Positions 50,473 through 62,807 are shown, numbered from the stretch's first letter. The stretch is 64,000 nt of DNA from Lepidodermella squamata (GCA_047495785.1 JBLDXI010000002.1:992001-1056000); one strand, 5' to 3'. The notes: a model not told the origin generated them from the letters alone. A program made the numbers and translations.

Positions 50473-51884
50473 TCATTGCAAATCAGGGCAGTTTTCAAAG
50501 TCATGACCAGGTTGATTGCAGTTCCAGCACAGTGTTTGACTCGATAATTGCCGATCAAATCGTTTTCGCTCTTCAATAGCCGCCGATAATTCGGCATCAG
50601 TGTTAACAACAGGCCTGCTGTAGTGATCACCCATAGCCGGTCTTATATCAAACGGCGAATAATTGTTATCGTGATCTCCATCGTCATAAACAGCCATTTC
50701 GAGTTTACGCAGGTACTCGGGTTCGATAGTTGACGGTTCCAGGTTGGTACTGCTGTTACCGATTTCTGACTCTGATCTCGCTGATTGGATCCTTTGAAGT
50801 CGGCTGGAACCCCGCGAGGCTGTTGCAGATCGCGGCCGAGGTGGCGGTGGTTCTCGTCGTATTTCAACCTCGGGTTCCACCGCTGGTACCAGCTTATGAA
50901 ACTTCCGAAACCGAACATATTCCCGCATTAAAAATCGTAACATTCGATGGCTGTTGAATTTCCGCGCTAGATCCAGCGCTGTCTCGCCGTGTGCCCGGGA
51001 TTTTTGGACAAAAAATTGATATTTTTCAGAATCACCCTTAACAGCATTAAGGAGGATTTTCGCAATATCAGCGTGGTTGTGCCTCGCCGCTGTATGAAGC
51101 GCTGTTTCGCCATTTGAATTCAAAATATAAACAGCTTGGCCGCGAGTTGCTTCAATGATAAATTTCGCAGCTTTCAGACACACATTCCCGGTTTCAGCGG
51201 TTAAATGAAGCGCAGTTTGACCTGAACTCCCCACTTTTTCATGAGCCAATATATCCACGCCGCGTTTTGCCAGTAAATAAAGCGCGTCGATATTGCCTGA
51301 TTTCGCGGCGCAGTGAAATGGATTACGGCCGTATTTATGGTCGATCGATTGGATTTCGGCTCCATTTTCCAGCAAAAGTTGAATTAAGCGAGGTTTGTTG
51401 CTCGGGAATTCTTGGCTACACGCCCAATGTAGTAGGGTGAAACCGGTTTCATCACAGGTATTTGGGTCTAAGTTCTCGTGTTTCAACAAAATTTCGAGCA
51501 GATTAAGACCGTTTTCTCCACCTCGTTCAACCGCTTTTACGATGTTTTCGAAGGCCTGAAAAATATTTATTAAAATTCAGGCTAATTAAAATAATTTAAC
51601 TCGCTAATTTCGGCTTTATTGCTGTTTGATAGCGATCGTCCAAGAGCTGTTCAATTAAAATTGAATTTATTTTTTAATTTTTCAATTTATTTTACCTTCA
51701 CACGAACAGCTGCTTGAGCCTCAATTTGCCACGACGTATATTTCGGCAATTTGAACTGTGGATTATCCGGGTCATTCAAGGTCTCGAAGATCATTATAGA
51801 CGACCTGTCGCCTCGAGGCCGATATTTTCGGGGGGTCGATGATCTCGAAGTGTTCGGCGCGCTCATAGATTCGCTAATTTCCAT
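50473..51884 (-). CDS. Cytosolic ankyrin-repeat protein with C-terminal CCHC zinc knuckle
   Basis: Ankyrin motifs (GFTLLHWA, GRNPFHCAA, GQTALH, GETALHTAA). CWNCNQPGHDFENC = CX2CX4HX4C. No signal peptide. First exon from 51884. Confidence 0.8.
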
Positions 51885-52534
51885 ATTTTATTCGGCGAGA
51901 GTATCCTGACTCTTTTTATGAGCAATTTTCGAGTGTTTTAATAGCGATTTTGCGTGCAGCTATATTATTCGTCATTCATGTTTCGTAGCGATTACCTGTT
52001 CACGCAGTTTAGATCTTATCGATTATGTACGCTTTTTTGACACCTTAACAACCATGCCTACACAACGCTTCAATTAATGGATATTTATTGATGTTACGCT
52101 TATAGCCGATGTTAATTTATTCATGGCAATGTAAATTGATTTTCTTTATTATTATTATTATTATGTTTATTTCGAAAAATATACTTTCGTATAAAAATTT
52201 GGTACAAAAAGAAATTCGTGGTTTCAAAAGGGCACGCAGGCCGCTAACTTTGAACCAATTATCATTAAAAATTAATTAATCTCTAAAAATATAAAAATAA
52301 TTTGTAAATAAATCTAAAATTTTTTCGGTTATTTTTGTGAATTTCCGCAAAAATCAAGGTGCAATAATCACAAAGTCATAAAATTTTCATAATGCGTCGA
52401 ATTATAAGGCTAATTAAATGCAAGAAGATGCGTCAAACTATCGCGATTTTAGCTTCCATCACGCTAACTTCTAACATGCCGCCGCCGAAATTAGCCGTGA
52501 AAAGTTATAACACAAAATCTCAATTCTAAATATA

Positions 52535-53381
52535 ATGCGTAATTTTTGGATTTTCGTTAATTTTTTGGCAATGATTCGCCAAATTTCCGCAAGCGAAGTT
52601 CAAGCGCGACCTCGCCACCTTAATGTCTCGACATCCGTGTCCTCCAACTGGGTCACCTATGCGATTCATTCTCAATCAACCGAATCGCCGGCCTGTCTCG
52701 GCGTGCAATTATGGACCGGTTACAGCCTGTTTCAAACATCCGATTCGGGTCGCGCACGTGTGTCTCAAAATCTAGGTCAAGCCGGGTCGTGCATGCGTCA
52801 ATTCAACGCTATGCCTTTCGTTTATTGCGGATCGAATGAGGCATGTGTTGCCGATTCGAGGTCGACAACTACCCATTGGCTGTCCAGCGGCGATTCACGG
52901 GGTCGTTATTTGAATTTATTCGGGTTTGACGAGGGTCGAGAAGTGCCGCTAACGTCGAGCGGGGATATTATGACGCAAATCTCTCGCTGTAGTGTCTGCT
53001 TGAGCTCAGGACCTGTTTTCGCGATCCACTCCGGGTCCTCAACCCTCCCAACCTGTCCGGGAAGTAATTTCCAATCTCTATGGACTGGTTACAGCTTTTT
53101 AATGGTAATAAATCTTGTTTTGAATTTGAATTTTTAAGGCGGCTGATATTTTTCAGCATTCAGCAGGTGGCCAGCAGCTGGACTCGCCTGGCAGTTGCTT
53201 GATTGATTTTCAGCACCATCCTTTCATCGAATGTACGGCTTCAGGGCAATGCTCCTACCCGTCAGATATGGCTTCTTATTGGTTGGTAGCAAGCGATGCC
53301 TATTACGGCAATGGCGTGAAACGCCGCGATGAAGCTGCCTCTGGAATAAGCCGATGCAGGGTGTGCACCCTACGCAATTGA
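52535..53381 (+). CDS. Secreted stand-alone collagen IV NC1 (C4)-domain protein, copy 1
   Basis: Signal peptide MRNFWIFVNFLAMIRQISA. HSQ..C...LWTGYSL...QNLGQAGSCMRQF..MPF..C...ISRCSVC...LWTGYSFLM|H...SPGSCL..F...PFIEC...ISRCRVC. Intron 53105-53156. No Gly-X-Y repeats. Confidence 0.9.
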
Positions 53382-54153
53382 AACATTTGAAAAAACTTGA
53401 AACCGAATCAAAGTCTGCATGATTCTTGATGTCTTTACTTAGCTTAATCAACTTATCCTCATTCAACTCATTCAGATTCTTTGCAATCCAATCACACGTA
53501 GCTATTATTATTGAATAAATATATTTATTCGACGGAGGACTGAGTTTTCATTTGAAAAATCCGCAATTAAATGCGAGATACCACAATAACCTTTTATTTG
53601 TAAGCGTTAACGTTATTAATCATATCATTATTGCCTGATGATAAGCTATAGCCGATGATGAAGTTTCTGAGAAATACAGGAAATATAGATAAAAGAGAAG
53701 CAGCTTTTTCCGAATTAATTGGAATTTTTTGGAATTTCCCACAAAAAGAATCAAAAGACTTGGTTTTAACTTGGTTCTCTATCGAACTCAAGGAGACTCT
53801 CGGCCACGGTGCAATTATATTAATATCCTGAATCCGATAGACCGAACTTTCGATCGCCTTTACCGAAGAAATAAAACCTTCCTGAATTTTTCTGTGAGCC
53901 GCTTGTCAAGAATCAAGAATTAAGAGGTAACGGTAACTAAAATTGAAGGCTTTGCGATAAGATGCGGCTTAAATCAGCATTTTAATTTAATTTAAATGTC
54001 ATCAAGAAGATAATTAAATGCAAAATATGCGTCACAAAGTAGCGCCATGGCCTCGATCACAGAATCGTCTCATACCTTCGCCGCTCGAAATGACAATAAA
54101 GTAGAGATAAAGCAAAAATTTTAAAATAAGTGAAAGAACAATTTTCTAATAAA

Positions 54154-55024
54154 ATGAAAATTCCTCTACGCTTGATTTCTGTTCATTTTTACACATTTTT
54201 GCACCTCTTCGCAACTGTCAATAATCAGCAATCACCACCTCGCCAACTCGTAACCGCCAACCCGCCAACCACGAACAGGCTGGCAAGTGGGGCGATTTAT
54301 GCGATTCATTCTCAAGCAACCGATGTGCCTCCCTGTCCAAGTTGTGCTCTTAATCTGTGGAGCGGATACAGCCTGTTTCAAACTTCCGACTCGGGTCGCG
54401 CAAGTGTGACCCAAAATCTAGGCCAAGCTGGGTCGTGCATGCGCCAATTTAACGCTACGCCTTTCGTTTATTGCGGATCAAATGAGGCGTGTGTAGCCAA
54501 TTCGAGGTCGACAACTACCCATTGGCTGTCTAGCGATTCACGGGCTCAGTATATAAATCTATATGGGTTTGACGAGGGTCGAGAGGTGCCGCTAACGTCG
54601 AGCGGCGATATTATGACTCAGATTTCTCGGTGTAGTGTCTGCTTGAGCTCAGGGCCTGTTTTCGCGATCCACTCCGGATCCTCAACCCTCCCGACCTGTC
54701 CGGGAAGTAATTTCCAATCTCTATGGACTGGTTACAGCTTTTTAATGGTAATCTAAATATTTTCACATTCGAATTTTTAAGGTAGCTGATTTTTTTCAGC
54801 ATTCAGCTGGTGGCCAGCAGTTGGACTCGCCTGGCAGTTGCTTGATTCATTTTCGGCACCATCCTTTCATCGAATGTACGGCATCAGGGCAATGCTCCTA
54901 TCCGTCAGATATGGCGTCTTATTGGTTGGTTGCAAGCGATGCCTATTACGGCAATGGCGTGAAACGCCGCGACGAAGCTGCCTCTGGAATAAGCCGATGC
55001 AGGGTGTGCACTCTACGCAATTGA
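54154..55024 (+). CDS. Secreted stand-alone collagen IV NC1-domain protein, copy 2
   Basis: ATG 54154 with hydrophobic N-terminus. Same NC1 motifs. Intron 54748-54799. No Gly-X-Y. Confidence 0.9.
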
Positions 55025-55933
55025 AAAAATTGAAAAAACTTGAAATTGAACTAATTCTCGATCTCTTTTCTTATCAAAACGCATTGTTCACCTTAATCAA
55101 CTCATGAAGATTTTTCTCAAAACCTAATCACATGTAGCTACAATTATTCGAACATTTTCAAAATATTGATTTGAATATTAGGGTTATTATTTGAAAAACT
55201 GGCAATAAAATGAGAAATACTGTACTAACCTAGTTTTTATGCATTTATATTAGGTATAATATTTTGTCATAATAAGCTACTGCTCGAGGGTAAATTCCTG
55301 AATAACACTTTCTGTTTTTTATGCTTTTGATTTTGAAAAATCTCTGAAATTCAAAAAATATTTTGAAATATTCATGAGCTTATTGTAGATATCAAAATTC
55401 CGAATTTTCCGAATTATTTACTGTCTAAAACCGAAGTGGATTATTTGAAAAATTCTGGAAAATTGATAAAAAATAATTGGATTATATCGCTTATTTTTCC
55501 GAATTAATATGAATTTTTTTCTGGAATTTTCTGGAGGAAGCATTGAGAGAATTGAGAGACTTTGGACCGAAATAGGCTGGAAGATTCAAGAAAAATCCAT
55601 GTTTTACAGTGAAAATCAAAAGTTACGCACGGTCAGGAATTTGTTGAGTTGAAACTAAAAATATCTCACACGCGCCCGAACTATTTTTAGCTCCAAGCTT
55701 GGGTTAAGCTCAGCTAAAAACAAAAAGTGTAACTCGGACACACCAAGAAGTTTTAATAGTTTTAAAAATATGAATATTCATATGGTGCTAATTAATATTC
55801 CGAAGCCCTCAAAGTTGATAATTATGTCAGAAAAATTATGGAAAAATTATTTTTGATTTGTTATAACCTTACTCTAATTGCTCAAATTTTTCTGCAATTT
55901 TTGGCTCTTATCTAAGAATGTCCTAGTTTCATG

Positions 55934-57451
55934 GGTGAATAGTAAGTTCGTACCCGCAAATTTGTAACGTGATCTTTTCGTAACAAACAGGTATCTTTTC
56001 GTACAACATTTAGTGATCTTTTCGTAACACATTTTCGTATCAAAATCAAATTTTTCAAATTAATTTGGTGATCTTTTCATAACAAATTAAGACGAAGTTG
56101 TGATCGATTCGTAACGCTTTTAATATTGTTTAATAATAGCATCCCAGAGCTCTGTTGTTCCTGGTTGTAGTGTAGAACCTATCGGGAATTAACAGGGATT
56201 GGGCAGATTTGGTCTCGGGAGTTGAACTAAGGCTGCTTGGGGCGCGATTTCGGCTGTCGAGTTTGAGGAGGCTGGCGGAAGCGGAACTGGCTGAACAAAT
56301 GGTTGAACTTGAGGTTGAGTAGTAGCGTTGCTAAGGGTTACACTTGCTGCCGAGGATGAAGCGGTGTTATCAGAAGGATTATCAGTAGTATCTATAGGGC
56401 GACTTCGCTCCCTCGTTCGCTCCCGCCCAACTCAGGGAGCGAACGAGGGCGAACGAGAGCGAACGCAGGTGTAAACGCGTGCGCGCGCACCAAGTAGATC
56501 GATCTAACGCAATTTCATTAAAAATCACCGATTTATGTCATTTTGCGCTCTAAATTTGCGGAATTCATATGCACAATGAATGTTTTTTAGCCAAGATTTT
56601 CGAAATTCTATCGAATGGTGTCAAATTGAGCAAATTTCACGAAAATGAGCAACATTTCAAGTTAGCTAAAATTTTTAGCCAATCGATAAATGCCATTACT
56701 TAGAAAATAACTGTGAAAAAAACTTATTGTAAAAATGAAACCCACAAGGAATTATTCAAAAAATAAATTATTCGCTCTCGCTCGCTCCCGCAATGTAAAC
56801 GCGGGGCGCGATTACGCTATGTTCGCTCCAGTTCGCTCTCGCTCCCAGTGCTGGTGTAAACGCGCCTTATATCAGCCTTGTTCTCCACTCGTCTACGACT
56901 CGTTCCGATTCGTAAATCTCGGCCGGCTCCGTTCAGATATGAACTTTTTACTCATGTCATACCATACAAATATAGGATTGTCCTCAAAGGTAGCTTGGCC
57001 AATTCGATATTTTACGGTATAACATTCGTAAATCGTTCATATCTTAACTCGCCGCACTCGATTTACTCCGGCTCGTTCCGATTCGTAAATCTCGGTCGGC
57101 TGCGTTCAGATATAAACTTTCCACTCTTGTTATATCATACAAATATGACAACGCATCTTCCAGAATAACAGATGACTGAGGGCTTAGACTAGTGATTTCA
57201 TGGTATTTAAATGCCAGAAGGCTACGTCATATCACGCGTCCGCATCGAAAAGACCACCTTTATGTGTTTTTATTTACGCCTGGTTACGAAAAGATCACCA
57301 CTTTCGAATCAAAATCATGATATTTTTCTGGTTACGAAAAGTTCACTACTTTAAATCCGAGAATGTATTGGTACGAATTTACTCTGGATGAAAATGATTT
57401 GTTACGAATATATCACTGTACGAATTTACGGTTACGAACTTACTATGAATC
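55934..57451. mobile_element. Non-autonomous TIR DNA transposon (MULE/hAT-like)
   Basis: TIR core ATAGTAAGTTCGTA.CCG.AAATT.GTA. 8-bp TSD GTTTCATG (55926-55933, 57452-57459). Subterminal GTGATCTTTTCGTAAC repeats at both ends. Confidence 0.85.
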
Positions 57452-57802
57452 GTTTCATGACATCTCATGAATATATTCATATTATTGAAACTATCCCCAT
57501 TTCCTTGGAGCTATTTTTGGAGATCGTGAAAAAGGCGTCATTTTGGTCCGTTTTGCTTGGAATAAACAGCCTCATTTCGCACGTGCGAAAAATTTCAACT
57601 AGCATCGCCTCAATTCCACCGTGCGGATCTTTTGACTGTCACTGTAGTATTGAGCAAACCGCAAGACATTATTCTTGCCAATTTTGCCACATTTTTATTT
57701 ATGCGAAAGCTGAAAATTACGAAGGAAAACCAATCGCAAATGGACAACAAAAGGCGGTTAAATCAACATTAAAACCGGCAAAAAATTACGAAAATTCGCG
57801 AC

Positions 57803-59203
57803 TCAGATTTCTTCAAGAGGAAATTCCTGTTTACGAAGGCAGATTTCGAGCTGGCATCCAGTAACATCGGCATCGTATGTCACTAGATGTTCAACAAGAT
57901 CAGCATAGCCATTCTTCGCGGCAATTTGAATCGCCGTCTCGCCATCACTATTCGTCGCATTAACCCTGGCATTATCCGCCTCGAGCAGTTTCAACATGCC
58001 GAATTCCCGCCCAGCCAGAGCAGCGCGATGAAAGGCAGTCTCGCCCCAGCTATTAACAGCACTGACCGTGGTATTGTCTTTCTCTGTTATGTATATGATA
58101 ACTAGATCGATGGCGTTATCAACTGCGAACATCAAGGCCGTATTGCCATCCTTGTCGGCTGCATGAACATCGGCACCGGCTTCGATTAATTTTATCGCGA
58201 TTTCTGAGTTATTAGACGCGATGGCGGCAATTAAGGGCGTCCAGCCTGAGGTTTCATCTTTCTCGTCAAGATCGGCGCCTTCTTTTATATATTTATTAAC
58301 AACAATATCCAGGTCGCCTTTCTTTGCCGTTTCAAACAAGGTCTATAGGAATAAAAATTGTTTGTATGATTTTCAAAAAAATTCAAATTAGGAAAACTTA
58401 ATGTTTTCTGAATTTTTCAATTTTTCAAAAAAAATAAAAAATAATAGAGAAATTAGAAATTTTCCAGCGATTGATACCGAATTAAACCGAAAAAAAACCC
58501 GAGAAATGGTTCGGTAATTATCGGTATTTTTTCCTCGTAGGACCAACTTCTTCCAAATTTTTATTTTATATTCCCTTATCCCTTTAAAAGGCAGAACGTC
58601 ATATCAGCAAATAGTCAAAATAGCAAACGCGACGAAACAGAAACTTTTCAACTGTAGCCATAACAGCAGAAACACAATGAATCTTTGACATTCTGAAATG
58701 TTGCTGTTTTGTCGCATTCACTGTTGCTATTTTGTCGCCGTACCCATTATCCAATTCTTTACTTAATTTTAGTCATTCTCATGGCTTAGGAGTTCATTCA
58801 GAATGACTGGCTCACCTGTGATGTACAGCTGAGGGTGAGATGCGGATGCCAAGTTCCGTCTTTCTGGCAGGTGCTCATCGGAGGGGGATTGCCGCCATGT
58901 GGGCAGGAAACTTGCACAACGTAGCCTGCTGTGAACGATCTTCGAGGAGTTGAATGGAAAGGCTCGGTCTCAGTTGACGATCGCCACTTCAATGTAATTT
59001 GGCCTGGTTTATAGTGAGCAGGCAGCTTGCAAGGAATCGTTGATCTAGGTCCCAATTCACCCTGTTCAAGACCCTGTTAAAACAGAACAAAAGGGGATGA
59101 ACAACGCTGTCGGATTTTCGGCTGCTTTTCTTACATCGGTTGCGTCCTCAGATGATGCACAGATTCCTATTAATGCGATAATTATTCCTATTTTCGCGAT
59201 CAT
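57803..59203 (-). CDS. Sushi-ankyrin gene G: signal peptide + 1 CCP + ~5 ankyrin repeats
   Basis: ATG 59203 MIAKIGIIIALIGICASS. CCP exon ~59073-58816 ends SQ|gtgagc. Ankyrin exon 58342-57803 in phase 0. Confidence 0.82.
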
Positions 59204-59583
59204 TTTTGAAAATTGATTATAAGTAGTGAAGTAGTAATGAGTTGTAGACTTATAGGAATCGTGATTCTAGTCCAGGAAAAATCGCACGAGGTAACCGTTT
59301 GTCTTATATTAACAGCTGTAAAGCAACATGTTTTAGTTGTTTACTCGGCGTTCTAATTAATTGAAATATTTGCCCAAAACTGAAATAAAGTTCAAACATA
59401 GAACAGTAAGACGGCATACAGTTTCTTGTAATTCCAGTGTATTCCAGTGCATCCAATTCGAAGGAGTCTAGGAGAAACTCAACTGATTAGTTATAGCAGT
59501 TTACAGTGCACAACGATATAAAGAACAATTATTCACGAGTATGACAGCCAATCCAAGCTGGAATAAAATGTGTTAGGAAGTTT

Positions 59584-61885
59584 TTAATAATCTCCTTCTT
59601 CGGGATCAGCTCGTGGCTTAGAAGACTTCTTCGCAGGTTTTGATTTCATCACGGGCTCTTCCTCAGGCTGCTGAACCATTTCCATCAGCTTCCGGCTAAC
59701 TGGAGCTCGCGTCACTGGCTTGAACGATTGGTCATTCATTTTGAAAATCTTCTCGCGAGCCAGCGTGAATTTGGAGATGACGGATTCAAGCTCGAGACGT
59801 CGAGCAATGCTTGCCTCATCCTCCATGAACAGACGGTCCCTTTCATCCGCGTCAACGATACGCTCGGTCCACAGTTTCAGAAGGCGGGGCATCAACGTGT
59901 CACAAACTGCTTCGATCATGTGCCGGGTTACTGATTTCACCATAGCTGAGACCATGGGATCACGAACTCGATCCGTATACCGAACAGCAATATTGCCTGG
60001 ATTGGAAATTTCGTAAGGTTGTTGGAAAATGTTTTCAAAATAACTTACGGTATGATGCGACCATCGCTGGGGTAATACGGCTGATGCCGTCCTTCATCAA
60101 AGAATTCTCCTCGAAATCATCGCCAGCATCTTGAACAGTTTCGACCTCGTTTTCACTACTGGAGTCGTCAATATCCTGGTCCTTGTCATCGCCTGCTTCA
60201 CCAGCGACGGGTCGGGGTTTTGTCAACGCTGCAGGTCGTGCTGGCTTTAAAAATGGATTTAGAGCTCGGCTTGCAGATGGGGATATATCTGCTTTGTTAT
60301 CGATGACATCGTCTTCCTTGCGCAATTCGTCAAGATTGATGTGCGCCTGTTGCACCTCTGCCAGTTCTTTCGTGGCCTTCAAAGCCTTGGCCTGCTCCTC
60401 GTCCAAAATATCCCGAGTCATTTTCATAATCTCGCCAGACAGAACCGGCAGACGGTGCATGTTTTGCTCCAGTTCCTCGTGAAGATCGATGCATTGACTG
60501 ACTTCGTTCAACATGGACTGGTGAACAGCCCGAACACACTCACGGCCGACTGATACGAAATTTTCCAGCATGAGTTGGACGATCCGTTTGCAGGCTTCGT
60601 CTTTGAACGTTGCTTCGCCAACAACACCGCTAGCGTTGGCGATGATTGTTTGAATCTGTTCTTCAGTCAACTCGAGGGCAAGTTGTCGAATCCTGGCTGG
60701 GAGGGCGTTATTGAAGAGCTCACGAATTGGCGTTGAAGCCGTGACTCTTTTAGACACTTTCACTTGATTACCACTGGTTCGAGCTGTTTTGCCAGTTATC
60801 GCGTATTGGTAGGCCTCGGCGTAATCTAGGGTAACATCTACAGCTGAGTGAAGGTAGTCTGCAACATCACGAGTTTCGCCCAACTCTTCTCGCTCCTCTC
60901 GATAGGCAGACAGGCGTAGATTGATTTCTTGGATGGTTTTCGGGGTTGCCTTAGCGATTTCCGTGCGCAGAATCTTCACCAGAGTTTCAGCAAGGACCTT
61001 AGATCCATGTTTCTTGGCCAGCGCCGGGTTATGGCCGAGGGCTTTTTTCAGCTTAGTTTCCTCAGCCGACCTTGCTTTATCGAGTGGCACGGCTTCGTCC
61101 AAGTCTTCTTGCGATCGATTGATAACCCCGACAATACCGCGTTTCGCGACCAAATTCTTCTCTTGCAGCATCTTTTCCAGAGTTTTCGGGTCGACCTTAT
61201 CCAGGTGAGTCAGAACCATGAGAGTCCTTTCGCCGGTGGGGTCGACACTTCGAGCGATTTGAATGGCTTTATTGGCCTTGTAGTCATCATGGGCCGCATG
61301 GACTAGCACGATTATCGTCTCCGGGCTGCTGATATACTTCTTCCACATCTTTTCGACGAAGCTCGACACATCGCGATGAGAAGCGTCGTCGAAAATCAGA
61401 CCGGGCAGATCGACGAAGGCTAGCGGCACTGTGTTTCTGATGTGAAGCTCCATTGAGATTGGATTATCGGACAAGCCTCCCTTCGTTGCTGGCGCTAACT
61501 GGGCTGATATTTCCATGAGCCTTTCAGCAGTTTCAACTGCTGGAACTTGCTCGGCCTGTTTAGAGGCGACCCCTCGCTTATCGACCACTGAATACTCGAT
61601 TTTCGCCCAGTCTTGATCGCTGAATGGGCCTTTTTGCTTGCCGCGTTCGAAGATTTTGATTTCCAACGGACTTTTCGTAGAGGTTTCTCTTCCCTTGGGC
61701 AGAATTTCGAGGCCGATGAGAGTTTCGACGGTTGAAGATTTGCCATGGCTCTGCAGACCAATGAAGACGAGTCGAGGTGTTTTGATGGCCTTGAAATCCT
61801 TCTGGAAATGGTCGTCGCCCAGCTCGTCCAATATGGCTTGGGCTTCTGTGAAGGCACTCAAACTTGCGCTACTAAGTTGAAGCAT
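59584..61885 (-). CDS. Divergent dynamin-superfamily GTPase
   Basis: G1 GLQSHGKSS, G2 Thr (TSTKSPLEI), G3 DLPG, DPTGERT, G4 THLD, GVINRSQ. Middle domain, acidic insert and GED-like C-terminus joined by a 52-nt phase-1 intron at 60048-59997. Confidence 0.9.
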
Positions 61886-62807
61886 TGTGGTGAATTATGT
61901 TGATATTTCGGCAGACTAAGAACGTCGATGTTAAGCGAGGGTACATAGAACGGCCTTATATAGGCGCATCCTTATCCGAAATCGTGGTGGTGAAACATCT
62001 TACAAAAGGACGTGAATCGCCGTATAGCCTTGACGTTGTGCTCACCTTGATATTGTCATCATACGCAAAAACACGTAATAATGAGCAGCTTTTATGAAAA
62101 CTTACTATGGTCACTATAAATATATCTAATATAATTCGTCATTAGTCATATTATATTATTAATCATATGCACGTTTTTTAGCCTCTTCATTCTTTGTTGT
62201 AAATTCCCCCAGGCCTTGTGAAAAAGAGCAGCTAGAAGATCGGCGTCTTCTATGGAGAATAAAAATAAAGCGGAAAATTCAATGAAAACTGGTTCTCACA
62301 ATATAATGAATCTTCGACAAAATTATTCCTGTTCTTCCTCTAAGTCGCCTCCAATATATCATAGATCTTAAAATCATAAATCTCAAATGTCTCGTTCATA
62401 GAATTAGTAAGCCTTGGGCGAAAAAGGCGAATGCCATTTCTCCCGGTAAGGTTCAAAAGTCCTTCAAAAGTCAAAATGAAGCTGTGGTATTAATGAAAAA
62501 GCAAGAAAAACATTTTTGGTAAGGTTTCCTTGAGGTGGTCATCAAATTCCCGAGCTTCGTCTGGCGTCGCTTCATTCGGGAAGTGGCCGAAAGTGCAAAT
62601 CAAGTGAGCCCTGTCTCCAATTATTGTCCTTTGATTCAAACTGAGCGTATTGTTCGCAAGAGCTAGGAGCGTTTCATATTGTTTGAAACAGTTAGTACTT
62701 CGTCATAATATTTAAGAATGCCACAATTCGAGCAAAATTTGTATAATTTCCAAAACTCTGCTCATCTAGGCAAGGATAGCACAAGGCTTTTAATTTCCGA
62801 TTTATGT

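Noticed and set aside
57388-57864. 158-aa plus-strand ORF
   Set aside because: Starts inside a transposon TIR, overlaps the gene G 3' end antisense, and shows no domain features.
4042-61880. Numerous 60-210 aa ORFs antisense to the ankyrin, ABCA and dynamin genes
   Set aside because: Shadow ORFs with no recognisable motifs.
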